From assembly GCA_964446455.1 (NCBI GenBank), contig CAYUOW010000001.1, positions 39,644 through 103,643 on the forward strand: 64,000 bases of DNA, given 5' to 3'. Position numbers and translations under genes: made by a program. Positions 48,303 through 59,019 of this stretch are shown piece after piece (within the stretch, counting starts at the first letter, position 1; each line of letters opens with the position of its first letter). Under the pieces are notes generated by a model, which was not told the DNA's origin, searched no databases, and saw only the letters and a program-made list of their open reading frames with translations. The DNA comes from an uncultured Desulfocurvus sp. (GTDB lineage Bacteria > Desulfobacterota > Desulfovibrionia > Desulfovibrionales > Desulfovibrionaceae).

Positions 48303-51300
48303 CTAGCCCAGCTTGAGCCTGGGCGCGGCGGACTTCTTGGGCATGAAGACCCGCAACTGGACCTGCTGGGTGATGGGCTTCACCAGCGATTCCCGCAGGA
48401 AGGCCAGGGGCGCCTTTTGCAAGGTCAGGGACGGGTTGTCGAAGCTCTGGCAGAACACCTCGCCCCAATTGGTGGTGTACAGCACCGTCACCGTGACGAT
48501 CTTGTTCTTGTCCGTGGGCACGGGCAGGTTGGCGATGAGATAGGCCCGCGTCACGCGCTCCGGCTGGAGGTATTCGTCCAGGTCCGGCTCCAGGGTCTCG
48601 CGCCGGGGGAAGAAGGCCGCAAGATCCGCCAGCAGCGCCTGCAGGTCGAGCAGGGCGATGGGCGCGAGGCTGCGCTCCGCCTGCACGGTCTGCTTGGGGT
48701 CGTACAGCCCGTTGAACAGAAGCCAGGCCAGCAGGCGAACCACGTCCACATCGCGCCGGATGGGCGCCAGCGATTCCACGGCGGCCTTGCCCGCGTCCTT
48801 GTCCTTGCCCTTCACGGCCCAGATGGTGCGCTTGCCCGGGGCCTTCTCGGCGTAGAAGAACAGCTCGGTGAAGGTCAGGTCGTCGGACAGGAAGGGCACC
48901 AGGCCCACCTTGTGCGGGTGCTGGGCGAAGTTGGCGGCGATGCGCCGGCCCAGGCGCGTCAGGTCCTCGGGGCTGATCTGCGCGGCGTTCTTGCCCGCGC
49001 GGATGCCCGCCTGGATGCGGCGGTAGGCCGAGATCATGAACTGGTTCACCATGCCGCCCAGGCGCAGGGCCGAGGCGAAGGCTCCGGCGTCCGGCGGGGC
49101 GCTGGGCAGCAGGCCCTGGGCCTCGAATTCCTCGGGCAGGTCCTCCGGCGCCACATCGGCCTTGAGCCGCAGGCATTCGCCGATGAGGGCCAGGCTTCCC
49201 AGGTCCTCCAGCTGGCGGTAGTGCTTGCGGATGGAGGTGAAGAGCGAGAGGTAGGGGTCCACGTCCTCGGCCAGCCTGCGGCCGCGCAGGCAGGCTTCCT
49301 TGATGCGGTCGCACAAGAGGCGCATGTCCCGGGCCTGGCCGGAGTACTTCTCCAAAAGCCCCAGCTTCATCACTGACTTGTACGGGCTGTGCAGGGCCTT
49401 CACGATCTGCCACAGGCAGGCGCCGAAATATTCCTGGGGCGGAATGGCCTCGGGCTGGCCCAAGTCCACCAGTTCGGCCGCGGTGCGCGGCGCCAGCCGG
49501 GCCAGTTCGGCCTGCAGGGCCATGGCCTCGGCCTGGGAGGCCGTGGGTTTTGCCGCCCACCACAGGAGGTCGCGCCCGGCGAGCTTCAGGGCCGTGCGGT
49601 AGAATTCCTCTTTCAGGAGCGCGGCCTGGGCCGAGCCGGAACTTTCCTTGTCGCTCATGCCGAAGTTGTTCTGTCGCACGTCCTCCATGGCCATGGGGAA
49701 AAAGTGCAGCTCCAGGCCGTACTGCTCCCAGGCCCAGGACTCCAGGGCCTGCAGCTTCTTGGCCAAGCCCGCGCGGGCGGCCTCGAAGCCCTCCTGCCCG
49801 TCCTTCAGGCCGGGGCCGGGGCGCACGCAGACCCAGCAGTCCACGTCGGAGGTGGGCTTCTGCGCCACGGAGCCCAGGGAGCCGATGGCGTACACGGCCT
49901 CCAGGATCAGGGCCGGCTCGGGCAGATCCTTGGCCGCTTTGGGCAGGGGCTGGTCCGGGAACAGGCGTTGCAGCAGGGCGCGGTCCTCGCCCGTGGGGGA
50001 TGCGAGCCTGGTGTGGCCCGCGATGGCGCAGGGCGGCACGGCCACAATCTCCTGGGCGCGTTCGAACACGCTGGTGGACAGGAGCGTGGGCAGCAGGCGC
50101 AGGAGCTGCCCTTGCGGCTCGGTCAGGCGCTCCAGGGCCAGTTCGCGGCGGCGCTGGTCCTGGCTGCGCATGGCGGACAGGGTGCGCCGGGCTTCGTCCA
50201 CGCGCAGGAAGGCTTCCAGGCCGGCGCGCACAAAGGCCGCGCCGGGGCCGGTTCGCAGGGCCGGGGGCAGCTCTTCCTGGTTGCGGCAGGCGGTGTCCAG
50301 GCAGCGGGCGCGGGTGGCGGCCTCGGCCTGGGCCAGGCGCGGATTGTCCGTGTGGCCGCCCAGCACGGCAAGGCCGGGGGCGGGCGACCGCGTGAGCCGC
50401 AGGTCCAGGCATTCGCAGCCCAGCACGCGGGCGTCGGCCATCTGGCAGGACACCAGTTCCGAATCGCGCCAGACGCATTTTTCAAGCAAAGCGCCCGAAA
50501 GATCGCAGCGTGCAAGGCCCAGGCGGGCCAGGGCGCATTCCAGCACGCGTGTCCCGGTCAGGGCGCAGGCGCGCAGGGTCAGGGAATCCAGGCGGGTTTT
50601 GACCAGGCCGGCCCCGGCCAGGCTGGTGTCCGCAAAGGTGCAGCCGCCCATGGCGCAGGCCTCGAAGCTCACGCGGGAGAGGTCGCAGGCCTCGAAGGTC
50701 ACGCTCCTCATGCTGCAGCCCCGGAACCGGCTGTGGGAGAGGTCCACGCCGGAAAACACGCAGTTCTGGAAGGTGCAGTCCTCGAAGTCGCACTGGCTGA
50801 GCAGCGCGCCGCTTACGCGCACACGGCGGAAGACCACGCCGGAGAAACGGCAGCGCGAGAGGTCCGAGCCGCTCACCGTGGCGCCTTCCAGCAGTTCGTC
50901 GAGGAGGGTGGCGTGCGGGAATTCCTGGTCCCTGGACATGCCCGCCGTGCTCTTCAGCACTTCGGCCAGGGATTGGCGGCGATTGCCGGCGCCCTTGGGC
51001 AGGGGCGAGGCCGGGCCCACGGGCAGGCGTTTGGTCATCCAGGCGGTGGTGTTGAACAGCGGCGGCGCATCGTCGCCGGGCCGGGGGCGCAGAAGTGCGG
51101 ACAGGGCCAGGGCCGCCGGGCCGGACATGTCGGTGAGGCCAAGCTCCGGGCCCAGCACCTTGGCCGCGCGGCGCAGGAAGTCCGGCTCCAGGGTGGCCAG
51201 GGCGGAGAGCAGCCGTGCCTGCACGGCCCCGTGGGCGTCCTCGGGCAGGGCGGCCAGCAGGGACTCCACCCCCAGACGCGGCAAAAGGGGCAGCAAGCGC

Positions 51301-52214
51301 TGGGCCGCGGCCGCGTATACCCCGCCGCTGCCCAGCAGGTCGGCCAGCATGAGGCCGAGCATCTCCGGTTCGGTGCGGGCCGCGCCCAAAAGCCGTTCCG
51401 GGGCCTCGGGCAGCAGGGCCAGACGGCGCATTTCTGTCAGCAGGGCGGCGTCGCGCGGCTCCAGGTCGGGCGGCGCGGCCAGCAGGGGCGGCATGCGGCT
51501 GGGGCCTTCCGCCCCGGCGGTGCGCAGGGCGTAGGCCAGGGCCTCGGTGTGCAGGCTGGGCAGGGCCAGGGTCTCGGCGGCCAGCAGCAGGGATTCGGCC
51601 TTGGAAGGGGAAGGGCTGCCCACAAAGGCGGCCGGGAGGCGTTCCGCCAGCCCCGCGGCCAGCAGCGCATCGCGCAGGGGCCGGGCCAGGGTGGCGCCGT
51701 CTCCGGCCACGGAGGGCGCCAGGGTTCTGAGGAACAGCAGGGCCTCGCGCATGTCCAGCCGGCCCGGCGCGGGCAGCAGCGAGCGCAGCCATGCGGCCAA
51801 CTGCTTGTCCTCGGCCGGGCAGTCCAGCAGCAGGTCGTTCAGAAGGGACAGGAAATCGTGCCCGGGCAAGGCCAGCAGCAGGGCGGAGAACTGCGGCAGC
51901 GGCAGCGCGCGCGACTGCACGTACTGGGCGGCGTACACGCGGCCCATGCGCCCGGCCATGGCCAGGAACTGAAACAGGCGGTAGGAGAGCACGGGGTCGC
52001 GCTGGCTGCGCAGCAGGGCCCCAAACAGGAACACGCATTCTCCGGCCGCGGCGGCCTCGTCGCCCAGGGCCGGGTGCCGCGCGGCGCCTCCGGCTCCGGG
52101 CAGGGCGTCCTGTGCGTGGGCGATGAGGCCGGGCAGCGTCTTGGCCGCATCGGCATCGCCCACGCGCAGAAAGCGGCGCAGGGTCGCAGCCGTATTGTGC
52201 AGGCTGTGGCTCAT
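48303..52214 (-). CDS. cyaA: Class I adenylate cyclase fused to pentapeptide repeats and an N-terminal helical domain
   Basis: GSLGSVAQKPTSDVDCW nucleotidyltransferase motif, EEFYRT, EYFGACLWQIVK...PYKSVMK. Pentapeptide repeats at approximately 50380-50930. Confidence 0.85.
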   Translation of the reverse strand: MSHSLHNTAATLRRFLRVGDADAAKTLPGLIAHAQDALPGAGGAARHPALGDEAAAAGECVFLFGALLRSQRDPVLSYRLFQFLAMAGRMGRVYAAQYVQSRALPLPQFSALLLALPGHDFLSLLNDLLLDCPAEDKQLAAWLRSLLPAPGRLDMREALLFLRTLAPSVAGDGATLARPLRDALLAAGLAERLPAAFVGSPSPSKAESLLLAAETLALPSLHTEALAYALRTAGAEGPSRMPPLLAAPPDLEPRDAALLTEMRRLALLPEAPERLLGAARTEPEMLGLMLADLLGSGGVYAAAAQRLLPLLPRLGVESLLAALPEDAHGAVQARLLSALATLEPDFLRRAAKVLGPELGLTDMSGPAALALSALLRPRPGDDAPPLFNTTAWMTKRLPVGPASPLPKGAGNRRQSLAEVLKSTAGMSRDQEFPHATLLDELLEGATVSGSDLSRCRFSGVVFRRVRVSGALLSQCDFEDCTFQNCVFSGVDLSHSRFRGCSMRSVTFEACDLSRVSFEACAMGGCTFADTSLAGAGLVKTRLDSLTLRACALTGTRVLECALARLGLARCDLSGALLEKCVWRDSELVSCQMADARVLGCECLDLRLTRSPAPGLAVLGGHTDNPRLAQAEAATRARCLDTACRNQEELPPALRTGPGAAFVRAGLEAFLRVDEARRTLSAMRSQDQRRRELALERLTEPQGQLLRLLPTLLSTSVFERAQEIVAVPPCAIAGHTRLASPTGEDRALLQRLFPDQPLPKAAKDLPEPALILEAVYAIGSLGSVAQKPTSDVDCWVCVRPGPGLKDGQEGFEAARAGLAKKLQALESWAWEQYGLELHFFPMAMEDVRQNNFGMSDKESSGSAQAALLKEEFYRTALKLAGRDLLWWAAKPTASQAEAMALQAELARLAPRTAAELVDLGQPEAIPPQEYFGACLWQIVKALHSPYKSVMKLGLLEKYSGQARDMRLLCDRIKEACLRGRRLAEDVDPYLSLFTSIRKHYRQLEDLGSLALIGECLRLKADVAPEDLPEEFEAQGLLPSAPPDAGAFASALRLGGMVNQFMISAYRRIQAGIRAGKNAAQISPEDLTRLGRRIAANFAQHPHKVGLVPFLSDDLTFTELFFYAEKAPGKRTIWAVKGKDKDAGKAAVESLAPIRRDVDVVRLLAWLLFNGLYDPKQTVQAERSLAPIALLDLQALLADLAAFFPRRETLEPDLDEYLQPERVTRAYLIANLPVPTDKNKIVTVTVLYTTNWGEVFCQSFDNPSLTLQKAPLAFLRESLVKPITQQVQLRVFMPKKSAAPRLKLG

Positions 52215-52296
52215 GGGCGCGGCGCGTCCTGTCCTGCCGCCGGGCTGGCATCGGCCATTGTTCTCAATCCCTTGTCCTCCACCCTCATGCGCGGAC

Positions 52297-53949
52297 TTAT
52301 GCTCCGGCCGCGCGGAAGGCCGCGTTGACGATGCCCTGGGCCTCGCCCTTCAGGCGTTCCAGGTGCTCGCGTCCCAGAAAGCTTTCGGCGTAGATCTTGT
52401 AGATGTTCTCCGTGCCGGAGGGCCGGGCGGCGAACCAGCCGTTTTTCGCCACCACCTTGAGCCCGCCGATGTCGGCCCCGTTGCCCGGCGCGCGGGTGAG
52501 GCGCGCGGTGATGGCCTCGCCCGCCAGGGTGTCGGCCGCGACCATGTCCGGGGTCAGGCGCTTGAAGGCCGCCTTCTGGGCCGGGGTGGCGGGTGCGTCG
52601 AGCCGTTCGTAGACCGGGCTGCCGAAGCGCGCCTCAAGCTCGGCGTAGGTCTCGCCCGGCTCGCGGCCGGTCTGGGCGGTGATTTCCGCGGCCAAAAGGC
52701 CCATGATGATGCCGTCCTTGTCCGTGGTCCACACGCTGCCGTCCTTGCGCAGGAAGCTCGCCCCGGCGCTTTCCTCGCCGCCGAAGCCGTAGGACCCGTC
52801 GATCAGGCCCTCCACGAACCACTTGAAGCCCACGGGCACCTCGGAGAGCCTGCGGCCCAGGCTCGCGGCCACGCGGTCGATCATGGAGCTCGAGACCACG
52901 GTCTTGCCCACGGCGGCGTCTTCGCGCCAGCCGGGCCGGTTGCGGAACAGGTAGTCCACCGCCACGGAGAGGTAGTGGTTGGGATTCAGCAGGCCATGGC
53001 TGCGCGTCACGATGCCGTGGCGGTCGAAGTCCGGGTCGTTGCCGAAGGCCACGTCGAAGTCGTCCTTGAGGCCGATGAGCCCCTGCATGGCGTAGGGCGA
53101 GGAGCAGTCCATGCGGATCTTGCCGTCCTTGTCCACGGTCATGAACGAAAAGGTGGGGTCCACGGTCTTGTTGACCACGGTGAGATTGAGCCCCCAGCGC
53201 TCGGCGATGGGCTCCAGGAACCCCACGCCGGAGCCGCCCAGGGGATCGGCCCCGATCTTGAGCCCCGCCCCGGCAATGGCCTCCATGTCCAGGATGTTGC
53301 CCAGGTCGTCCACATAGGGGCGGATGTAGTCGTAAAGGTGTGTGGTTCCGGCCTTCATGGCGCGCTCGAAGGGCATGCGCCTGACCGGGGCCAGCTTGAG
53401 CTTCAGTATCTCGTTGGCGCGGTCCTGGATGGCCTTGGTTGTGGCCGTGTCGGCCGGGCCGCCCTCGGGTGGGTTGTACTTGAAGCCGCCGTCCCGGGGG
53501 GGATTGTGCGAGGGGGTGACCACCACGCCGTCGGCCTTGGCCCCGGCCGAACCGCGGTTGTGGGTCAGGATGGCGTGGGAGATGACCGGCGTGGGCGTGA
53601 AGCCCAGGCCCTGCTGGACCATCACCGTGACGCCGTTGGCGGCGAAGACCTCAAGGGCCGTCTCCAGCGCGGGCAGGGAAAGGGCATGGGTGTCCATGCC
53701 CATGTAAAGCGGGCCGCTGATGCCGGCGCCCGCGCGGTGCTCGCAGATGGCCTGGCTGATGGCCAGGATGTGGTCCTCGTTGAAGCTGCCCTCCGCGCTG
53801 GTGCCGCGGTGGCCGGAGGTGCCGAAGCTCACCTGCTGGGCCGGGTCGAGGGGATCCGGGCGCACGGCGGTGTAGTCGGCCAGCAGGCGCGGGATGTCTG
53901 CGAGGATCTCCTTGGGGGCGGGCTTGCCCGCAAGCGGATGTACGGCCAT
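52297..53949 (-). CDS. pgm: Phosphoglucomutase
   Basis: [34 protein letters not shown]. Confidence 0.97.
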   Translation of the reverse strand: MAVHPLAGKPAPKEILADIPRLLADYTAVRPDPLDPAQQVSFGTSGHRGTSAEGSFNEDHILAISQAICEHRAGAGISGPLYMGMDTHALSLPALETALEVFAANGVTVMVQQGLGFTPTPVISHAILTHNRGSAGAKADGVVVTPSHNPPRDGGFKYNPPEGGPADTATTKAIQDRANEILKLKLAPVRRMPFERAMKAGTTHLYDYIRPYVDDLGNILDMEAIAGAGLKIGADPLGGSGVGFLEPIAERWGLNLTVVNKTVDPTFSFMTVDKDGKIRMDCSSPYAMQGLIGLKDDFDVAFGNDPDFDRHGIVTRSHGLLNPNHYLSVAVDYLFRNRPGWREDAAVGKTVVSSSMIDRVAASLGRRLSEVPVGFKWFVEGLIDGSYGFGGEESAGASFLRKDGSVWTTDKDGIIMGLLAAEITAQTGREPGETYAELEARFGSPVYERLDAPATPAQKAAFKRLTPDMVAADTLAGEAITARLTRAPGNGADIGGLKVVAKNGWFAARPSGTENIYKIYAESFLGREHLERLKGEAQGIVNAAFRAAGA

Positions 53950-53968
53950 GGGCGGCTCCAGGATTGTG

Positions 53969-54457
53969 TTACGGTTTGAGGTTGCAGCGCCGGGAAAGCT
54001 CCGCCAGCTTCTCGTCCATCTCGCGCAGACGCACGGCCATTATCTCGCAGAAGATCCGGTAGAACACGGACTGCACCGCGCATCGGTCGGCGCCCTCCAG
54101 CCGCTCGAAGATGGAGGCGTCCATGGCGATGCACAGGGCGGGCTTGAGGGCCTTGATGGTGGCCGAGCGCGGGCTGCCGTCCACTATGCCCATCTCGCCG
54201 AACACGTCTCCCAGGCGGCGGATGACGCCCACCTGCACCCCCTTGTGGGTGATGGAGAGCTCTCCCTGCACGAGAAAATAGATCCAGCTGTCGTATTCCC
54301 CCTCATGGATGAGGGTGTCCCCCGCCTCGTAGCGGCGCAGGCGGGAGAGCTTCATTACAGCCAGAATCTGCCCTTCGTCCAGTGGGGAGAAGGCCGGAAT
54401 GCGGCGCAACTGTTCCAGTATCTCGTCGTTGCTGGGATCGAATTCTCGCTCCTGCAT
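53969..54457 (-). CDS. Stand-alone cyclic-nucleotide-binding domain protein
   Basis: LIHEGE...YFLVQG...GDVFGEMG...PRSAT phosphate-binding cassette; no HTH. Confidence 0.88.
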   Translation of the reverse strand: MQEREFDPSNDEILEQLRRIPAFSPLDEGQILAVMKLSRLRRYEAGDTLIHEGEYDSWIYFLVQGELSITHKGVQVGVIRRLGDVFGEMGIVDGSPRSATIKALKPALCIAMDASIFERLEGADRCAVQSVFYRIFCEIMAVRLREMDEKLAELSRRCNLKP

Positions 54458-54548
54458 GGTGGCCTCGCGTGGGGGGAATTTGCATGACCATGCCCGAAAC
54501 CACTCCAACGGGCAAGAAACAAGGGCTGCGTGTCGCCCTGTCCGCCAA

Positions 54549-55565
54549 TCAGACCGAGAGCAGGCCGGCAAGGCGGGTGAACTGGGCCCGCAGCGTTTCC
54601 GGAAGGCGCACGTCCTTGTCCGTGACGAGCATTCCGAACGCGCGCGAAACCTCGTCGCGCACGGTGTTCTCGTTTTCGCGCCGCCAGCGCGGCACGCCCT
54701 GGCGCAGGGCGTTTTCCGCCAGGGAGATGATGCGCTTGGCCCTGGCCAGGCTGGAATGCCTGGAGCGCACCTTGTCGCGTCCGCAGCGGGCGATCTCCGC
54801 CAGGGCGTGATCGCCCAGGGCGCGCAGGGCCGTCGCCGCCGCGCCTGCCGCGTCGCCGCGCGCGTAGACGAACATGTCCTCGCCCGGGGTGAAGAGTTCG
54901 CGCAGCCCGTTTTCGCAATCCTCGGTCAGCAGGGCCGCGCCGCAGCCCATGGCCTGGAAGATGCGGAAGTTCAGCTCGCCCACGGCGCACTGGTTGAGCA
55001 CGATGCGGCTGCGGGCGAACAGCGGATGGTAGTCGCCCCGCATGAGCACCAGCGGCGCGGCGCGGCGGAAGGCATCCAGGAAGGGCTTGCGCATGGGATT
55101 GATGGGCGGGTCCGGGGTGCCCACGAAGCAGACCGGGATGTCGCGCTCCAGGCCCGGGTCGCGGTCCGCGGCCTCGTCGCAGAAGAGCGGGAACCACTCG
55201 GCCCGGCGGGGCAGGTTCGGGTCCTGGAACATGGGCAGGTAGTCCTTCTGGGCGGCCAGCAGCAGGTCATAGCTGGCGCTCATGGGCACGTGCCAGGGGT
55301 TGCAGTACTGGTCGATGGAGAAACCGGCGGTGACGCAGGGCAGGGTCTCCAGTCCGAGCACCAGGGGCGGGCGGCACTCGTCGCACCACAGGGCCAGGTC
55401 GGGCTTGAAGTCCCGCGACTCCATGAGGCTCCACAGGCCCTTGGTCGAGAGCATTTCCTCCAGCTGAACGTCGTAGCCGGGCCCCTGCCCGATGGTCAGC
55501 ACCTCGTGCCCCATCTGGCGGAAGTCGTTTACGAAATACCGTCCCTCGACGTTCAGGATTTTCAT
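54549..55565 (-). CDS. Glycosyltransferase (CgeB / GT-B type)
   Basis: RDIPVCFVG, SRIVLN, LNFRIFQAMGCGA.LLT, LFTPGED. Confidence 0.8.
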   Translation of the reverse strand: MKILNVEGRYFVNDFRQMGHEVLTIGQGPGYDVQLEEMLSTKGLWSLMESRDFKPDLALWCDECRPPLVLGLETLPCVTAGFSIDQYCNPWHVPMSASYDLLLAAQKDYLPMFQDPNLPRRAEWFPLFCDEAADRDPGLERDIPVCFVGTPDPPINPMRKPFLDAFRRAAPLVLMRGDYHPLFARSRIVLNQCAVGELNFRIFQAMGCGAALLTEDCENGLRELFTPGEDMFVYARGDAAGAAATALRALGDHALAEIARCGRDKVRSRHSSLARAKRIISLAENALRQGVPRWRRENENTVRDEVSRAFGMLVTDKDVRLPETLRAQFTRLAGLLSV

Positions 55566-55784
55566 TCGACCCTCCCCGGCATGCAGATTTGCTTATCATT
55601 TCGTAGCAGTGCTTGCTCTGGGGCGCAAGCGCCCGCCGGGGCCGCGCCATGCGCCCGGTGCGGCTTGATGCCTGGAATGCTTGATCATGCCGGGAAGCTG
55701 GGGTATACGTATAGAATTCCGCCCGGCCCGGAGACGCTGTTTGCGCCCCAAGCCCTGCACCGGCGCGGAAGGGGGGAGCAGAGC

Positions 55785-56657
55785 ATGGACGCCAGCCCGA
55801 AAGTCGTACGCGAACACATCGCCCGTTCCAAATTCTACCTGCAGCGCAAGGACATTTTGCGCAGCCTGCGCGCCCTGGCCCAGAGCCTGGAGCTTTTGGT
55901 CGGGTCGCAGATCTTTGGGCGCGAGCGCATCGAGATCAGCATCCTCATGGAGGAGGCCGTGCGCCTCATGGGCGAGCAGGATGTCATCAAGCGCGCGGTG
56001 CCCGCCGGGCTTTCCTACAAGAAAGGCCAGGAACGGGAGCTTTCCGCCTGCCTGACGCGCATGGCCGACGTGCTGGAGAATCTGCTGGGCAAGGCCGAGG
56101 TGGAGGCGCGCCGCAAGCGCATGGCCGAGCTGGACGAACTGGTGCTGGCCGGACAGGCCGAGCTGGACAAGAAGCAGCCCCTGGAGGCGCGCAAGTTTTT
56201 CCGTCGCGCCCTGGACGCCTTCGGCGACGAGCCCGGGCTCATGGTGGACCTGGGCAACCGGCTCATGCTGGGTGGCCTGGTGTCCGAGGCCGTGGAATAT
56301 TTTCAGAAAAGCATCGAAACCACGCCCACGGACCAGCGCGCCTACGAGTACCTTGCGCAGTGCCTGGACGCCCTGGGCGAGGACCTGAAGGCCGAGGAAG
56401 TCCTCAAGGCCGCCATCAAGCGTTTCCGGCCCACGGAGCAGATGCTGGTGCGCCTGGCCAAGGGCGCCCTGGAGCGCCGCAACTGGGACGAGGCCCTGCT
56501 GTACGCCGAGACGGCCCTCAAGGCGAACCCCACCAGCCGCGACGCCAAGAACTACGCCGACACCGCCAGCCAGCGCCTCTACGGCACCTCGTACACCCCC
56601 GGGGTCAGCGAGAAGAAGCCCCGCGGCGGCGCCCCGCGCGAACCCATCGTCCTGTAG
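55785..56657 (+). CDS. Tetratricopeptide repeat protein
   Basis: RBS GGGAG; several TPR-like helical repeats (LGNRL...EAVEYFQKSI, LAQCL). Confidence 0.8.
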   Translation: MDASPKVVREHIARSKFYLQRKDILRSLRALAQSLELLVGSQIFGRERIEISILMEEAVRLMGEQDVIKRAVPAGLSYKKGQERELSACLTRMADVLENLLGKAEVEARRKRMAELDELVLAGQAELDKKQPLEARKFFRRALDAFGDEPGLMVDLGNRLMLGGLVSEAVEYFQKSIETTPTDQRAYEYLAQCLDALGEDLKAEEVLKAAIKRFRPTEQMLVRLAKGALERRNWDEALLYAETALKANPTSRDAKNYADTASQRLYGTSYTPGVSEKKPRGGAPREPIVL

Positions 56658-56660
56658 GGG

Positions 56661-59015
56661 CTAGCCCCGGCCGGGCGCCGGTTCGTTGCCTGGGGAGGGG
56701 TTCTCCTCCTCCCCGGCGGGCAGGCTTTGCCCCAGCCGGGGGAACAGCAGCACGAAGCGCGCGCCCTGGCCGGAGCGCGGGCGCACGTGGATGGCTCCGC
56801 CGTAATCCTGCATGATGCCATAGCTGATGGACAGCCCCAGCCCCGTGCCCTTGCCCACCTGCTTGGTGGTGAAGAAGGGCTCGAAGATGCGGGCCATGAT
56901 CTCCCTTGGAATGCCCGGTCCGGTGTCGGACACCTCGGCCTGCACGCCGCGCCTGCGCGCCCGGGTGCGCAGGGTGATGCGCCTGTCGTCTCCGGTGCAG
57001 GGGGCCTTGGCGCATTTGTCCTCGATGGCGTCGCGCGCGTTCAGGAGCAGGTTCATGAACACCTGCTCCAGGCGGGCCGGGTCGGCCAGCACGGGCGGCA
57101 GCTCCTCGGCCAGGTCGAAGACCACCTCGATGCCGCGCACCTGCAGCTGCTGGCTGAAGAACTCGAACGCGCGGCGGATGACCTCGTTCACGTCCACGGG
57201 CACGGCGTCCTGGGCCGCTGGCTTGCGGCCGAACTCGCGCATGTGGTTGATGATGCGCGTGCTGCGCTCCACGTTGGATTGGATCTTCTCGGCCAGGGCG
57301 CGCAGGGTCGAGGCGTCCACGCTTTCGCCCCGCTCCACCTTGCGCATGAACAGGTTGGACGCCATGGACAGGACCGCCAGGGGCTGGTTCAGCTCGTGCG
57401 CCACTCCGGTGGCCATCTCGCCCAGGGTGGCCATGCGCGAGGCCTGCACCATCTGCCGCTCGGCCTTGATGCGCTCGGTGACATCCGTGGCCGTGGCCAG
57501 GATCACCGGCCGGTCGTCGGATTCGGAATGCGCGGCGGTGATGCTGACGAAGAACACGCGGCCGTCCTTGGTCTGGCTTCTGGCCCGGCCCAGGGTGCGG
57601 CCTTCGGCCAGGGCCAGCACGCCGGCCTGGGCGTCCTCCGGCGGGAAGAGTATCGCCGCGCTCTGGCCCATGAGCTCGCCCCGGCGGTAGCCGTACAGGC
57701 TGGCCGCGCTGCGGTTCAGGTCCAGGATGGTCATGTTCTGCGAGCAGAGCACGAACAGCGCGCTTGGAATGTTGTTGAAGATGTCCAGGTACTTGCGCTC
57801 GCTCTTGCGCAGCTCTTCCTCCAGGCGCTTGCGGCCCGTGATGTCCAGGCACATCTCCATGGCCGCGGTGACGCGCCCGTCCTCGTCGTACAGCGGGGCC
57901 GTGGTCACGATCCAGTGGGCGCGGGTGCCGTCCTTGTACACGCCCGTCTCCTCGGTGAAGTGCGGCTGGCCGTCGGCGAAGGTCTTTTCCACCGGGCAGT
58001 GCAGGCACTTTTCCGTGCGGCCCTTGTATGCCTCGTAGCAGTAGGCGCCCTTGCGCGCGTGGAACAGGTCGGCAAAGGTCTGGTTGTAGCGCAGGAGCTT
58101 GAAGTCGCGGTCCTGCACGGTGATGATGCAGGGGACCCCTTCGAACAGCTTCTGGTATAGCTGGCGCTGGTTCACGATCTCCGCGTGCTTGAGGCCGATC
58201 TCGCGGCACATGAGGCCGATGGCGTGGCCCAGCTCGCCCAGTTCGTCGCGCTGGGGCACGTCGAGCGCGCAGTTCATGTCGCCCCTGGCCATGCGCCTGG
58301 TCACGCCGATGATGGAGCGGATGGGCCGCTGGATGAGCAGGTAGATGACGGCATAGAGCAGGGCGAACACCCCGGCCAGGAACACGCCCAGGCTGAGGGC
58401 GTTGGTCTCCACCAGCTGGGCCAGGGTCTCTTCCTGCTTGGTCAGGCTCATGTCGAGCACGAGCACGCCCAGCACCTTTTCCGAGGGCTTGTGGAAGTGG
58501 CAGGAGGCCGTGGCGCAGCCCTCGTCGTTGGCGATGGGGCTGAAGATGGTCAACTGCCGGGCGGCATCGCCCCCGGCGTCGCCGTCCTCGATGCGCGTGC
58601 GCTCCTCCAGCTCCAGGTTGTCCGGCGGCAGGGCCCGGTCGTGGCAGGCCGCGCACTGGAAGCCCTTCACCGGCCAGCGCACGCCGATGTCCTCCTCGCG
58701 GCTGGCGAACATGGCCATGGCTTCCTTGTTCAGGATGCTGACCCCGCGCACGCCTTCCATGCGGCCCGCGCGCTCCACGATCTTCTGCAGTTCGCCGCGC
58801 TCGTTGCGCATCATGGCGCTTGAGGCGCCGCTCTTGATGGCCTCGCAGATGCGGTCGGCCTCAAGGTCGGCGTTCTTCTCCGCCAGGTCGCGGAAGCTTT
58901 GGGTGTTGAAGCGGAACAGGAACAGCGCCAGGCCCAGGATGAGCGCCATCAGGCAGCCCATGATCTTGGCCGCCAGGGGCAGGCCGGGTCGGAAACGGTC
59001 CTGGCCCCGGTCCAT
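56661..59015 (-). CDS. Membrane sensor histidine kinase with periplasmic heme-c motifs, HAMP and PAS x2
   Basis: Two TMs flank CAACH and CATASCH; DELGEL HAMP; VAHELNQP, NLLLNA, DTGPGI, GTGLGL. Confidence 0.9.
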   Translation of the reverse strand: MDRGQDRFRPGLPLAAKIMGCLMALILGLALFLFRFNTQSFRDLAEKNADLEADRICEAIKSGASSAMMRNERGELQKIVERAGRMEGVRGVSILNKEAMAMFASREEDIGVRWPVKGFQCAACHDRALPPDNLELEERTRIEDGDAGGDAARQLTIFSPIANDEGCATASCHFHKPSEKVLGVLVLDMSLTKQEETLAQLVETNALSLGVFLAGVFALLYAVIYLLIQRPIRSIIGVTRRMARGDMNCALDVPQRDELGELGHAIGLMCREIGLKHAEIVNQRQLYQKLFEGVPCIITVQDRDFKLLRYNQTFADLFHARKGAYCYEAYKGRTEKCLHCPVEKTFADGQPHFTEETGVYKDGTRAHWIVTTAPLYDEDGRVTAAMEMCLDITGRKRLEEELRKSERKYLDIFNNIPSALFVLCSQNMTILDLNRSAASLYGYRRGELMGQSAAILFPPEDAQAGVLALAEGRTLGRARSQTKDGRVFFVSITAAHSESDDRPVILATATDVTERIKAERQMVQASRMATLGEMATGVAHELNQPLAVLSMASNLFMRKVERGESVDASTLRALAEKIQSNVERSTRIINHMREFGRKPAAQDAVPVDVNEVIRRAFEFFSQQLQVRGIEVVFDLAEELPPVLADPARLEQVFMNLLLNARDAIEDKCAKAPCTGDDRRITLRTRARRRGVQAEVSDTGPGIPREIMARIFEPFFTTKQVGKGTGLGLSISYGIMQDYGGAIHVRPRSGQGARFVLLFPRLGQSLPAGEEENPSPGNEPAPGRG

Positions 59016-59019
59016 GGGG

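Noticed and set aside
48303-54457. Pycsar/CBASS-like anti-phage system (cyclase plus cNMP-binding protein)
   Set aside because: The cyclase is class I, the receptor has no TM or TIR effector domain, codon usage is host-like, and the context is housekeeping.
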